Shown piece by piece: positions 1 to 9,577 of a stretch of 52,944 bases of DNA. This stretch comes from Minisyncoccota bacterium (lineage in GTDB: Bacteria; Patescibacteriota; Minisyncoccia; Phycocordibacterales; UBA918): assembly GCA_937975855.1 (NCBI GenBank), contig CALJTT010000005.1:1-52944 (forward strand), in the 5' to 3' direction. The notes below the pieces were generated by a model that was not told the DNA's origin, did not search any database, and saw only the letters and a list, made by a program, of their open reading frames with translations. Numbering within the stretch: the stretch's first letter is position 1; every line of letters starts with the position of its first letter. A program made the translations under genes and the position numbers.

Positions 1-535
1 CGCCGGCGCCCGTTCGCCGCGCACCACCTCGATACCCAATTAGGAAATGTTTTGGGTCTTCGTCTAGATCAATAAAATCATCAACCGCTGCGCGCAGAGC
101 TGATGATGCACTGCGACCAAACGTAATCGCTTCTACCTGGCAGCCCATACTCTGGATGTACTCAACGCCAGGGATAAAATCGCCGTCACCGGTGGCGAAC
201 ACAATGGCGTCGACTTTGTTAGCGAGTTTAATTCCATCAACCACCATCCCGACGTCCCAGTCGGCTTTTTTGGCTCCACCGTAGAAAATCTGTAGGTCTT
301 TGGTTTTGATCTCAATCCCAATTTTTTCCATCGCCTCAAAGAAAGCGCTTTCTTCACCGCCCTCTGTGTTTACCACGTATGAAACGGCGCGGATAAGTTT
401 GCGGTCCTGCACTGCTGCTGACACAACGTTAGCAAAATTAACCTTCGATTTGTATAAATTCTTGGCTGAGTGATACAAGTTTTGTGTATCGATGATCACC
501 GCTACGCGCTGATCGGGGTGTCTAATTACAGACAT
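1..535 (-). CDS. NYN domain (LabA/DUF88) PIN-like nuclease, 3' end outside window
   Basis: Hand translation from ATG 535: MSVIRHPDQRVAVIIDTQNLYH...KKADWDVGMVVD...ATGDGDFIP; shows the IDxxN, KxxxD and GDGDF motifs of NYN. Not in the ORF track because it is truncated. Confidence 0.9.
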   Translation of the reverse strand, partial: MSVIRHPDQRVAVIIDTQNLYHSAKNLYKSKVNFANVVSAAVQDRKLIRAVSYVVNTEGGEESAFFEAMEKIGIEIKTKDLQIFYGGAKKADWDVGMVVDGIKLANKVDAIVFATGDGDFIPGVEYIQSMGCQVEAITFGRSASSALRAAVDDFIDLDEDPKHFLIGYRGGARRTGAG

Positions 536-644
536 ATATATAGTATTAAAATAAGTAAGTGAGTCACTACCTGTGACTCGTGTCGTTGTTATAAAAAAGA
601 AACAAGGAACGACAAGTCCACTATAGCGTAAATAAAGGAAAAAG

Positions 645-670
645 AAAGCGGCCCGTAAAGTGCGGGCCGC
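645..670 (-). terminator. Intrinsic terminator for 699-1418
   Basis: AGCGGCCCG...CGGGCCGCT stem, followed by a T-run on the minus strand. Confidence 0.7.
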
Positions 671-698
671 TGACAGTTTTGTATTTGTTCGACAAAGA

Positions 699-1418
699 TC
701 AGTAACCAGTGTCTCTTCGAGCTTTCTCACTCATCACGACCAGCAGTGGAACCTTGGTGACATGGATAAGCTTCAGCCACTCGATTGGGCTGGGTACCGA
801 ACGTGACATGAAGTCGATGGGAATCGGCGGTTTGTCTTTGCCGTATCCCCAGCGACTTTGCCAGTCCGACGGACTGCTGCGGTTGACATGTTTATCAATG
901 ATCAGCAGTACCTGCCCGTTGACTTTCTGAATTGCCTGGACCTCCTCCTTCAAACGATCCATATGTTCAGGCGTCAAGTAGGTTGTGCCATTACCACCGC
1001 TCATGGAAGGACGATGTTGGTCTCCAAACGTTGTGATGGTCAACTGACGTTGGTCAGCAACGGGTGCATTGTCTCTGCCAGGTATCCACATCGCACCGTG
1101 TTTGTCGTTGGGGCCGATAGCGATCGTTGGAGCCTGTGGCCTGCCATTTCCCGCTGGATTCAGCAGGAGGTGGCCAGTCCGAGTCTGGTACTCATTCCGG
1201 AATCCCGGCCCCATACCACCGTCGGTATCGATGCCCCAGACTCCCTGAACGTTTTGCACGAACGTTAACGAACTCCCAGTATGGACACCGGTTGGCGCGG
1301 GCGGACTAGCCTGTAGAGCAAGCATCTCAGCGCTACGCACCATTTGTTCTTGGGCTGAGAAAACCCAGCCACCCATAGATTCAGGGTCGAGGTATTCAGG
1401 AATGTTAGTTGAAGTCAT
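699..1418 (-). CDS. Hypothetical protein (239 aa), divergent from TrmB regulator
   Basis: Long ORF; ATG 1418 has GGAGG upstream; terminator downstream; no recognisable motif. Confidence 0.65.
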   Translation of the reverse strand: MTSTNIPEYLDPESMGGWVFSAQEQMVRSAEMLALQASPPAPTGVHTGSSLTFVQNVQGVWGIDTDGGMGPGFRNEYQTRTGHLLLNPAGNGRPQAPTIAIGPNDKHGAMWIPGRDNAPVADQRQLTITTFGDQHRPSMSGGNGTTYLTPEHMDRLKEEVQAIQKVNGQVLLIIDKHVNRSSPSDWQSRWGYGKDKPPIPIDFMSRSVPSPIEWLKLIHVTKVPLLVVMSEKARRDTGY

Positions 1419-1497
1419 AGCTTCCTCCACAAGTTTGAATGACCGCAAGATCTTTTTGGTCTGCAGTAATCATAATCACTTTTAACGAGTGGCAAAC

Positions 1498-1513
1498 ACC
1501 ACCATACGGTGGT
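1498..1513. promoter_or_regulatory. Palindromic operator candidate ACCACC-ATAC-GGTGGT
   Basis: Perfect 6-bp inverted repeat in the divergent promoter, just upstream of the TrmB gene. Confidence 0.55.
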
Positions 1514-1524
1514 AAGGTACACCT

Positions 1525-2283
1525 ATGAACATACAAGACTCACAAAGTAACCCTCTGGAGGCCATTGGCCTGTCCAAAAACGAAGCTCGGCTGTACTGCA
1601 GTTTGGTTGAACATAACAGCACGACGGTCAGTGAACTGTTTAAAAATACCGGCGTCCACCGACGTAACATCTATGACTCGCTGGAACGACTACTGGAGAA
1701 AGGCCTTATTTTTCAGGTCCTCGAAGCCAAGGAAAACACCTACAAGGCCGTGCATCCGCAGAAGCTGTACGAGATGTTGCGTGAGCGCGAGGCGGCTGCG
1801 TCTCCCACTATCGACGTACTGACCAAAAGTTTTGAAACGCAGCCTCAGACCGACGCAGCGTTTATTTACAAAGGCCGAGAGGGTTATAAAAACTACATGC
1901 GCGACCTGGTGCGTGTCGGCGAGCCGGTGTACTTCCTTGGTGCTAAGGCACTGTGGTTTACTCCCGGGATGGACCTACGTTTCTTGACCGACTTTCAAAA
2001 GACTATGAAGAAACAAGAAAAGCAGTACAAGACCCTATTCGACCCGCGTGTGCCAGACGAGTTGCCAGAAGCTATGGAAAAAGTTGGTGGCCAATACAAA
2101 GTGTTACCCAAAGGCGCCGAGACCGTAGGTGTGATGGACGTGTTTGGTGACTACGTGGTGTCGTTCACCAGTGCTGGTGTGGGTGACTTTGGTGAGGATG
2201 GAAAGATATTCGTGACCATCAACCGCGACCTGGCTGATAGTTATCGCACTTGGTTTGATTTGATTTGGGATAGTATTAAATAA
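1525..2283 (+). CDS. TrmB-family transcriptional regulator
   Basis: LEAIGLSKNEARLYCSL...YDSLERLLEKGL wHTH, then YKGREG and a C-terminal effector domain ending FDLIW. Confidence 0.9.
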   Translation: MNIQDSQSNPLEAIGLSKNEARLYCSLVEHNSTTVSELFKNTGVHRRNIYDSLERLLEKGLIFQVLEAKENTYKAVHPQKLYEMLREREAAASPTIDVLTKSFETQPQTDAAFIYKGREGYKNYMRDLVRVGEPVYFLGAKALWFTPGMDLRFLTDFQKTMKKQEKQYKTLFDPRVPDELPEAMEKVGGQYKVLPKGAETVGVMDVFGDYVVSFTSAGVGDFGEDGKIFVTINRDLADSYRTWFDLIWDSIK

Positions 2284-2350
2284 ATTTACTAGACATCAGT
2301 CAGGCTATTTACATAGAGTCGTATTATTAGTACGGTAGCAGAGGTGCACC

Positions 2351-3439
2351 TTGAAAACGGAGGCAGTAATGCTTGTGCAAATTTTGAACTTACGGTTCTA
2401 TGACTGGACGCGATATACCCAGACTCTGGGGTTTCCTGCTATAGATAACTCCGGTTATTCGTTCTTTGTAGGACACAACCTCTCAAGTTATTCTAACAAG
2501 CGTATCTCAAGATACCGGGGTAAGTTTGACTCATACATAAAGAGGTTCGAAAAGCCGAATCGCAAAATTTCGAATCTTCTCGCGGTAGTCGGAGTGATGC
2601 TTGCGGTCGTCGCGGGGGTGTTGTTGTTTCCTGAACTGGATAAAGTTGTCAACTCGAGCCAAGGACTTTTGGCAGTTTTTGCTTACGTACTGTTGCTGAC
2701 AATCTTGGTCATTTCCCCAAACCAGCTGTGGGCCTTGAAGACGATTCATCAGATGAAGTCAGACTTGCCCGCTATGCAGAAGAAAGTCAGAGCTAAACTG
2801 GACGAGATCTACCAAGACAACGATGCTGACCTAGAGTTGTCGACTATGGTGCCAAAGTGGTTACAACAGTTTCAGGCTACTTTATCGGATGACGGTCTAG
2901 CCTGTAATCCTGCTCAGCGGGTAACGGCTGGCGACGATTGCTCCTGGCGTGTTGTTGACGTTCAAGCTTCGGGAACTGGTTCGTTGACCGGTCGTGATGT
3001 CACCATTTTCGTATCGAATGATCACGGTGAAGGTCGGACGCTGATTCAACCAAGTCGCGACACAGTCGAAACCTGGTTCAAAGATCAGCTGGCCAGGATG
3101 CGAGTTGGCGTTCGTGAAGGCACCCACACAATGGCGGCAATCAAGGCAGTTGATGCTTCAGAGGTGCTGGCAGTTGCCTGGCAGTTCCCAGATGACGTGA
3201 TGACCGAAGCTGCCCGGCTGAAGGCTATGACAGAAATGAAGTTGTCTGAACGTCCAGCGGTGGAGATCTATGGACAAGCGTGCGACGAGGGACAGATTCT
3301 CGTTTCAGGCATTGCCTACGCTGACCGCGAGGTTCTCTATGCCCCGACCCAGACCGTTCTGGCATTGGCTGGCGTAGTTGCTAGTCACCTATCTAGTGTG
3401 GGTGATCACCCTGCTCTGGAAGGCAAGATTGCAGCCTAG
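2351..3439 (+). CDS. Hypothetical membrane protein (2 TM helices)
   Basis: 362-aa ORF with two hydrophobic segments; GAGGT before the TTG start; terminator follows. Confidence 0.7.
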   Translation: MKTEAVMLVQILNLRFYDWTRYTQTLGFPAIDNSGYSFFVGHNLSSYSNKRISRYRGKFDSYIKRFEKPNRKISNLLAVVGVMLAVVAGVLLFPELDKVVNSSQGLLAVFAYVLLLTILVISPNQLWALKTIHQMKSDLPAMQKKVRAKLDEIYQDNDADLELSTMVPKWLQQFQATLSDDGLACNPAQRVTAGDDCSWRVVDVQASGTGSLTGRDVTIFVSNDHGEGRTLIQPSRDTVETWFKDQLARMRVGVREGTHTMAAIKAVDASEVLAVAWQFPDDVMTEAARLKAMTEMKLSERPAVEIYGQACDEGQILVSGIAYADREVLYAPTQTVLALAGVVASHLSSVGDHPALEGKIAA

Positions 3440-3464
3440 CTGCAGCCAAACAGTCCTCGAAAAC

Positions 3465-3537
3465 AAACAGCGCGCTTCGGCGGGCTGTTTTTTACTATAA
3501 AACAAAATCTCACCTCTTTGCAAGGTGAGATTTTGTT
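3465..3537. terminator. Back-to-back terminators for the convergent genes
   Basis: AAACAGCGCGC-TTCG-GCGGGCTGTTTTT (+) and AACAAAATCTCACCT...AGGTGAGATTTTGTT. Confidence 0.75.
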
Positions 3538-3550
3538 CGTGTTTTGAAAC

Positions 3551-3817
3551 TTATCGCTTGAGGCCCATTTTTTCGATCAGGGCTTCGTACGCTGCGAAGT
3601 CTTTCCTTTGGATGTACTTCAGGTGCTTGCGGCGATCCGCTACCATCTGCAGTAGTCCACGACGTGAGTGGAAGTCTTTTTTGTGAGTTCGTAGGTGTTT
3701 GGCCAGTTCTTCAATCTTTCGACTAAGGAGTGCTACTTGTGCCTCTGGTGAACCAGTGTCACCTTCGTGTCGCTGTGTTTTTACCAGCGTGTTCTTCTTG
3801 ATTTGCTTTGATAGCAT
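3551..3817 (-). CDS. rpsO: 30S ribosomal protein S15
   Basis: DTGSPEAQVALL...HKKDFHSRRGLLQMV signature. Confidence 0.98.
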   Translation of the reverse strand: MLSKQIKKNTLVKTQRHEGDTGSPEAQVALLSRKIEELAKHLRTHKKDFHSRRGLLQMVADRRKHLKYIQRKDFAAYEALIEKMGLKR

Positions 3818-3974
3818 GTAGGGTAAAAGTTACGTCAGCTGCAGTATATAGTCCACGATCTAAGGTGTGTGGTACCGCGAGCGACGGTCAATCCAAAATT
3901 TGGATTTCAGAATACTAGCATAAATTGAGAAAAAATCAAGGACCCAGCGTTAGCCGGGTCCGTAGGTGTGCTTT

Positions 3975-4286
3975 TTATTCCTCGAGGTAATCACCAGGAA
4001 ACAATCGACGATTCTCCCGATCGATTTCTCTTTCAGCGTGGGTCATACCGCGCTGAAGTCGAATTCGTGGGTCAGGAATTTCTTTCCAGTTCTCGTCGGT
4101 TTGCTGTTCGAAGTGGTATGAGTAGCGAAGATCGCCACCGTCCCATTCCTGGTAACCCAGAGGGTCGACACCGTAAATGTTGCTGGGTGGGTATTTGCGA
4201 CTTAAGTCACGGATACACCGACCTTCCCACTTCACGGTTTCAGATTTTTTGTTATGTTCAATAGATGTACAGATGACTCGTAGCAT
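3975..4286 (-). CDS. Hypothetical protein (103 aa)
   Basis: AAGGAG SD before ATG; own promoter; hairpin downstream. Confidence 0.6.
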   Translation of the reverse strand: MLRVICTSIEHNKKSETVKWEGRCIRDLSRKYPPSNIYGVDPLGYQEWDGGDLRYSYHFEQQTDENWKEIPDPRIRLQRGMTHAEREIDRENRRLFPGDYLEE

Positions 4287-4289
4287 ATC

Positions 4290-4475
4290 GTTCTCCTTGG
4301 ATGGTGGAACGATAGCGTTATTTCCCGCTTCCGAGGCCGAAGGGACTAAGAACCGTATATTGACCAGCGCGACTGATGGCTACATCTTCGCTGGCTGCTG
4401 TCACTGACAGCATTAGGTCGCCGCAAATGGCTTGACTCAGTTTTTATATTATACATTTTTTACACAAAAAGTCAA
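4290..4475 (-). promoter_or_regulatory. Sigma70 promoter (TTGACT-16-TATAAT) plus ~150-nt structured 5' leader
   Basis: -35 at 4470-4475, -10 at 4448-4453; stems TGCTGTC/GACAGCA, GCCAGCG/CGCTGGT, CTGAG/CTTAG with G-U pairs on the minus strand. Confidence 0.55.
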
Positions 4476-4530
4476 TTTGTAATAAATGTCGCAAAATAAT
4501 TAATCCCGTTTATTGTTATAATCGTTTTAC

Positions 4531-5442
4531 ATGGACATTCAATCTTTGAAACGTCAGTTCCTGGAGTACCTCGAGATCGAACGGGGACGCAGTGTGAAGA
4601 CAGTCGAGAACTACGACCGTTACCTAGAGCGGTTTATTGAGTTTGCCAAGGTAAAGAAACCAACTGACATCACCGAGAAACAGATCCGCGAGTTTCGAAT
4701 GTATCTCAACCGACAGAAAGGAACTAAGGTCGGTGGTCGAATGGAGCCAATGAAACGCCGGACGCAGAACTATTACCTCATTGCCCTGCGCGCGTTTCTA
4801 AAATACATGAGGAAGTTGGACATCAAAGTAATATCGCCAGAACAGATTGAGTTGGCCAAGGTGCCTGATCGATCGCTTGACCTTATTTCACATGCCGAGC
4901 TGCAGCGACTGCGAGCGGCGCCAAACACAAAAGAAATCGAAGGTAAACGTGACAGGGCCATCCTGGAGTTGTTGTTCTCGACTGGGCTGCGTGTGTCCGA
5001 GCTGTGCGGCCTGTCGATCGACGATGTTGATCTGACACGCGACGAGTTCTCAGTGCGCGGAAAGGGCGACAAGGTACGAGTGGTGTTTTTGTCCGATGAT
5101 GCCCGCGCTGCCTTGCAGAGCTATTTAAAGGCCCGCAAAGACTTGGACGACGCGATGTTTGTTCGGTACGGCAGAAAGGTAAACGACGGTGGCGAGTTGC
5201 GACTGCAACCACGCGCTGTGCAGAGAATATTAAAGAAATACGCGACGCTAGCGGGAATAACGCGCAAAGTCACCCCACACGTCATCCGTCATTCATTCGC
5301 GACTGACCTGCTACAAAACGGAGCTGACATCCGCAGTGTGCAGGCTTTGCTTGGCCACGCCAGCATCAATACTACCCAGGTGTACACACACGTCACCGAC
5401 AAGCACCTACGCGAGGTGCACAAGAAGTTTCATGGGAAATAA
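4531..5442 (+). CDS. xerC: XerC/XerD-family tyrosine recombinase
   Basis: Catalytic set GLRVSEL, GKGDK, HVIRHSFAT, LLGH, TQVY; SAM-like N-terminal domain. Confidence 0.9.
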   Translation: MDIQSLKRQFLEYLEIERGRSVKTVENYDRYLERFIEFAKVKKPTDITEKQIREFRMYLNRQKGTKVGGRMEPMKRRTQNYYLIALRAFLKYMRKLDIKVISPEQIELAKVPDRSLDLISHAELQRLRAAPNTKEIEGKRDRAILELLFSTGLRVSELCGLSIDDVDLTRDEFSVRGKGDKVRVVFLSDDARAALQSYLKARKDLDDAMFVRYGRKVNDGGELRLQPRAVQRILKKYATLAGITRKVTPHVIRHSFATDLLQNGADIRSVQALLGHASINTTQVYTHVTDKHLREVHKKFHGK

Positions 5443-5479
5443 GGAAACCGGCCCAGGTAAGGGCCGGTCTTTATGTTGA

Positions 5480-5887
5480 TCACACAAGTGAACCTCCTCC
5501 GTCAGAATCGGTTACAAGTGTCGGGCGTGTTAGAGACTGTCCACAGACACCTTCAGAGTAAGGTTTTACAACCATGAAGGCGCCACCTGTTCTCATAACC
5601 CACCATGAAAGGTGTGTTTTATGGAGGTCGCAGAGACGAAATACTTCTTCTCTGGTCAGTAGTTTTGTTTCATCTCCAGCCGATTCAGGATTAGCTTCTC
5701 TAGATTTCCTTTCCCAAGCAGCCCAGCAAGCTTCACCAAAGGTGCCGTCACCAGTCATAGGCCAGAAGATAGCGAATGAAGGGTCGTCTTGCCGTTGAAC
5801 GAGGCTAGTTGTCAAAGGAGGAGTTTTATGTCCGCGTTCCTGTGACGACGTCGTCCCGCCACCTGTATGCAAGGTGTCATGTAGCAT
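5480..5887 (-). CDS. Hypothetical protein (135 aa) downstream of attenuator
   Basis: AGGGAG SD before ATG 5887; hairpin at 5447-5468 after the stop. Confidence 0.55.
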   Translation of the reverse strand: MLHDTLHTGGGTTSSQERGHKTPPLTTSLVQRQDDPSFAIFWPMTGDGTFGEACWAAWERKSREANPESAGDETKLLTREEVFRLCDLHKTHLSWWVMRTGGAFMVVKPYSEGVCGQSLTRPTLVTDSDGGGSLV

Positions 5888-5927
5888 GTGATTCTCCCTG
5901 TATTTGTAATGAACAATAAAGTACGAA

Positions 5928-6082
5928 ACAAAAAGCGCTCCCAGTCGGGAGCGCTTTTTGTAATAGTGATGTTTCGTCTTACACTAAAGCCCCCGACTGA
6001 GTCAGTTCTGGAACCACTGGGACGAGAGTGTGTGTGTAAGCCATCGTGAATTCAGTATTTCACGATTTAAAATTCTTGGCAA
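5928..6082 (-). promoter_or_regulatory. Leader-peptide transcription attenuator (Thr/Val/Pro-rich leader)
   Basis: TTGCCA-17-AATACT promoter; terminator 5928-5961; antiterminator segment CAGTCGGGGGCTTT (5986-5999) is complementary to the terminator 5' arm and loop. Confidence 0.7.
5979..6044 (-). CDS. Leader peptide MAYTHTLVPVVPELTQSGALV (21 aa)
   Basis: ATG close to the predicted TSS; ORF overlaps the antiterminator segment. Confidence 0.6.
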   Translation of the reverse strand: MAYTHTLVPVVPELTQSGALV

Positions 6083-6086
6083 GTAT

Positions 6087-6452
6087 TTAAGCAGCTAGGC
6101 CGTGATAGATAGAAATTGCAACTGTGTCTGAGTTTGCGCTGAATGTGCCTCGGTCGCTGGCGTAGAAAAATGTTCCTTCAATGTCGATTCGGTGTAGGTA
6201 TGCCTCGTCAGTGTCGATCAGTTCTGATTGTCGCAAGAGGCTGCCCTGTGCCGTGACTGCAGTAACTCGCCCGAAAGGGTCGGTTTCAAAATGCATCGGC
6301 ACTACGACGGTTTCCCGCGGGAAGTGCCCGTTGTCTTTGATTGAACTGGCTGTGAGGATATCAGCATGGAAAAATGCTGGCAGTACGAGCGATAGTACAA
6401 GCAGGCCGCCGCACCAAAGGAGAATATTGAATCGTTGTTGTTTCGTAAACAT
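6087..6452 (-). CDS. Small membrane-anchored hypothetical protein
   Basis: N-terminal TM helix, 121 aa. Confidence 0.7.
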   Translation of the reverse strand: MFTKQQRFNILLWCGGLLVLSLVLPAFFHADILTASSIKDNGHFPRETVVVPMHFETDPFGRVTAVTAQGSLLRQSELIDTDEAYLHRIDIEGTFFYASDRGTFSANSDTVAISIYHGLAA

Positions 6453-6550
6453 GACAGTCTTATATCATAAATAAAGTATTTGTCAATAGATAAACAGACG
6501 ACCCTGTTAAGGGCCGTCTGTTTATCTAGATTGTTTATTCTAGCCTTGTA

Positions 6551-7615
6551 CTATAGTCGCCAAATCTTTCGAGCTGCCTTCCAAACAAATCGAGCTGCGA
6601 ATATAAGTACCAGTAGATATAGTCCGTATTGCACAACGTATAGCAGGAAGATTCCAAAGAAGGCAGTCAGACCAATTAGTGTCTGAGTAAATTTGTCACT
6701 GAGGTCTTCCCAGGCTCGCTCCCACATGCGGCTGTGTTCGCCCACTTGTACAGGGTTAGAGCGACTGAAGTTTGCGTAAAATTCTACGACGTTCAGACGT
6801 TCGCTCAGGTCAGCTGACTGCTGGGCGTAGTTGCTCAGTTGGCTGGTGAGGCTGATCTTACGCTGGGTTAAATAGTCGATTTGCTGAAGCTTTTCTCGGA
6901 TTGCTTCGCTGAGTGTTGCGGCGTCTTTGTTGCTGCGGGCGAACGTTACGATTTCGTCGTAGGCAACTTCTGCCTCTGCAAGTGTTCGTTCGACACTGGC
7001 AAGTTGTTGCCGGACAATGTTACTTTGGTTGTCTAGATTTTCTTTATGTCGGGTGACACTCTCGGTGTTGCGACTGATTGTGACATCGCTTGACGATTCA
7101 AATTGTGACAGCACACCAGCGACTCGATCTTCCTCTACAAAAAATCGAGCGTTACAGTTGTTTACGTTAGTGTTGATGTACTTGAAGTGGATTGCCTCTT
7201 CCGCCTTGAGGTTCGTCAGAGTCTCGCAATGATTTTCAAACTTGCGACTATTGGCATGCAGGTTATATGAGGTTGTTTCGTATCGCTCGAGACCAGACGT
7301 GTATCCGTCTGGTTGAGGCACAGGCACCATTACGGGTTCAGGGCGATAGCTGCTGAGCATGTCGTCAGCGTAGTTTCCATCCATGGCTCGACCCATACTT
7401 GGCGCCATCGCAACACTTTCTTCCATGGCTATCTCGTCCATGTACACACCACCGTAGCCCGGTTCGAAGAAGGCTTGTTTGTTGTAGCCAGTGTTGTTAA
7501 AACCGACTCCTCCAAACAAAGTCTGGAACACGACCAACGAAACAACGAGGGTAATAAACGCCCCTAACCCAAACAGGCCAAAGCGTACAAATTTGTTTTC
7601 TAAGAGCGGCATCAT
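6551..7615 (-). CDS. DUF4349-like membrane protein with coiled coil
   Basis: N-terminal TM, Met/Pro-rich linker, long coiled coil, C-terminal TM. Confidence 0.65.
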   Translation of the reverse strand: MMPLLENKFVRFGLFGLGAFITLVVSLVVFQTLFGGVGFNNTGYNKQAFFEPGYGGVYMDEIAMEESVAMAPSMGRAMDGNYADDMLSSYRPEPVMVPVPQPDGYTSGLERYETTSYNLHANSRKFENHCETLTNLKAEEAIHFKYINTNVNNCNARFFVEEDRVAGVLSQFESSSDVTISRNTESVTRHKENLDNQSNIVRQQLASVERTLAEAEVAYDEIVTFARSNKDAATLSEAIREKLQQIDYLTQRKISLTSQLSNYAQQSADLSERLNVVEFYANFSRSNPVQVGEHSRMWERAWEDLSDKFTQTLIGLTAFFGIFLLYVVQYGLYLLVLIFAARFVWKAARKIWRL

Positions 7616-7715
7616 AGGTAATGAACTTTAACTATTATGAATATATTGTAGCAAATAAAACTAAACCGGCAGAGCTATGAAGCCCGCCGGTTTAGTTTTA
7701 GTCGTAGTATTGTGT

Positions 7716-8564
7716 TTAATCAGCGTACAACCCAAGTGTCGCCAACACTCCGGCCCAGTTTTTTGTCCACTCGATCAGATCGCGAGTTTCTAGTTCTACT
7801 GTTACAGCAGGGATGCCTATACTCGCCAGCCATCCCTCGGCGTCACCAGTGATTGGGTATGCGGTCCAGAGGCCGGCTGCTTCATACCCGGCGGCTGTGG
7901 CGTAGGTGTTCATGATAGTCTCTGTGCCTGGCAAGACGCCTGCTCCACATTCGCTGGTGAACACCGCTCCACCCTTGCTGTGCCAGAACACGACACCTTC
8001 AGGAGTGTTTGCAAGAACGTAGTCACGTAGTGCTGCTGCCTCTGGTTCGGAAAATGCTGATGCGCCGGCACTGACAGTCTGCCCGAGCCAGGTGCTGGTC
8101 GCCGCCCATCGACAATCAAAGTTACGGTTCAGGTCGATGTCGTTGCCGTTAAACCGACGAGCTTGTTTACTGGCCTGTGCTGGTTGTGCGTAGCCGTCGG
8201 GGTTGAGATTTGGGATGATGTGGACGGTGACGTTTTCCGGAATGACCATCTGGTTGATCTGAAATTCTTCGATCACGCCCTCAGCCAGTCTGACAGTGTT
8301 TTCCTCATAGCCGCCGTGGATACCACCAACGAACAGCACGTCATTTTCTCCGTTGCCAAATGTGTGGGCAGTGATGTCACGTCCTGCAACTGATTTTCCA
8401 ATAACTGAAACAGTCGAAGTTGGAACTACTACAACCGGTGTTTCTATTACCATAGCTGGTTCGGGCTGTGGTACCGGGGCTGCCGGTACTGGCCAGTACG
8501 CCCAAACGGCGAGGAGCACTACTCCTAATGTCAGTAGTGCTCCAAAAATAGTCGCCTTATTCAT
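7716..8564 (-). CDS. M14 zinc carboxypeptidase (MpaA-like murein peptide amidase), membrane anchored
   Basis: GGIHGGYE, NPDG, DLNRNF, FWHS and TVELE motifs intact. Confidence 0.85.
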   Translation of the reverse strand: MNKATIFGALLTLGVVLLAVWAYWPVPAAPVPQPEPAMVIETPVVVVPTSTVSVIGKSVAGRDITAHTFGNGENDVLFVGGIHGGYEENTVRLAEGVIEEFQINQMVIPENVTVHIIPNLNPDGYAQPAQASKQARRFNGNDIDLNRNFDCRWAATSTWLGQTVSAGASAFSEPEAAALRDYVLANTPEGVVFWHSKGGAVFTSECGAGVLPGTETIMNTYATAAGYEAAGLWTAYPITGDAEGWLASIGIPAVTVELETRDLIEWTKNWAGVLATLGLYAD

Positions 8565-8570
8565 ACTGGT

Positions 8571-9467
8571 CTAGTTGGCTGAAAGAAGTTCTAGTACAGC
8601 CTTCACACCAGCTTCGTTCTTGTTCCATTCAGTACTTTCTCGATCAGACAGAAGAACGCTGATAGCAGGGATACCCTCTTCAGCCAACCAGTTGGTCATG
8701 TCTCCGTTGATTTGGTACGCGTCGAACTCTGCCTCGACTGGGTAGCCAGCAGATGCTGCAAAGGTGGCCGCAAGTTCAGCAGACGCTTTGCTCGGTGCAC
8801 CTTCACATGCGCTTGGGTACACCTTGCCTTCTGCTGCGAACCAGACTACTGCTCCGACAACGTTCACTTCGGCTACGTAGTCACGCAGTGCTGCTGCTTC
8901 TGGTTCTGAGTAAGCCGCGCTTCCTCCACTCACAGTCTGGTCACGCCACTTACTGCTTGCTGCCCAGTCGCAACCAAAGTTACGATTAAGGTCAACGTCG
9001 TTTGCGTTGAATCGGCTGCCGCTAGCGAGTCCGTCAGGGTTCATGACTGGAATCACTGTCACACGCATTCCTTCTGGCACAGCTTCTTCATTTTTTGTTA
9101 GGTAGTCAATTAACTCTTCCCCTAGTGCTACAGTGTTGGCAGAGTCTGCGCCGTGCACACCAGTGATAAATAGAACTTCATTTGTTCCATTACCAAAGTG
9201 ATGAGCAGTTAGTTCAGTTTCGTTTACTGAGCTACCGATTTTCATTTCACTAGCGTAAGTCATAGTGTCTTCTGTGCTACTTGCCAGTAGTTCGTCCAAT
9301 GGCTGTGCGCCGTCGCCAATTCCGCCATCTGGCTCTACCGGTATGGTTTCAACTGGTGGCAGGTCGTTATTTATGGTTTGACCCTCTCCACTTCCGCTCA
9401 ACATATAAGCGCCAACGCCGAGTGCTAGTAGGATTAATAATGCCAAAATAAGGTGTGTTGTTTTCAT
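8571..9467 (-). CDS. M14-family paralog lacking catalytic residues
   Basis: NPDG and DLNRNF retained; HGADS, VVWFA and SVLLS replace HGGYE, FWHS and TVELE; start at MKTTHL. Confidence 0.8.
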   Translation of the reverse strand: MKTTHLILALLILLALGVGAYMLSGSGEGQTINNDLPPVETIPVEPDGGIGDGAQPLDELLASSTEDTMTYASEMKIGSSVNETELTAHHFGNGTNEVLFITGVHGADSANTVALGEELIDYLTKNEEAVPEGMRVTVIPVMNPDGLASGSRFNANDVDLNRNFGCDWAASSKWRDQTVSGGSAAYSEPEAAALRDYVAEVNVVGAVVWFAAEGKVYPSACEGAPSKASAELAATFAASAGYPVEAEFDAYQINGDMTNWLAEEGIPAISVLLSDRESTEWNKNEAGVKAVLELLSAN

Positions 9468-9577
9468 ATGATAGGTATTGTACGTAAGACGCAGCGATTT
9501 GGCCACCTTGTCACACTTTTTGCTTGCTAGGATGGCTTTTGCCAGTATAGTAATAATATAATTTTAGATATTCACTT

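Noticed and set aside
3869-3879. GTGGTACCGCG T-box-like motif
   Set aside because: It is on the strand opposite rpsO and has no stem I or terminator; more likely part of the rpsO leader.
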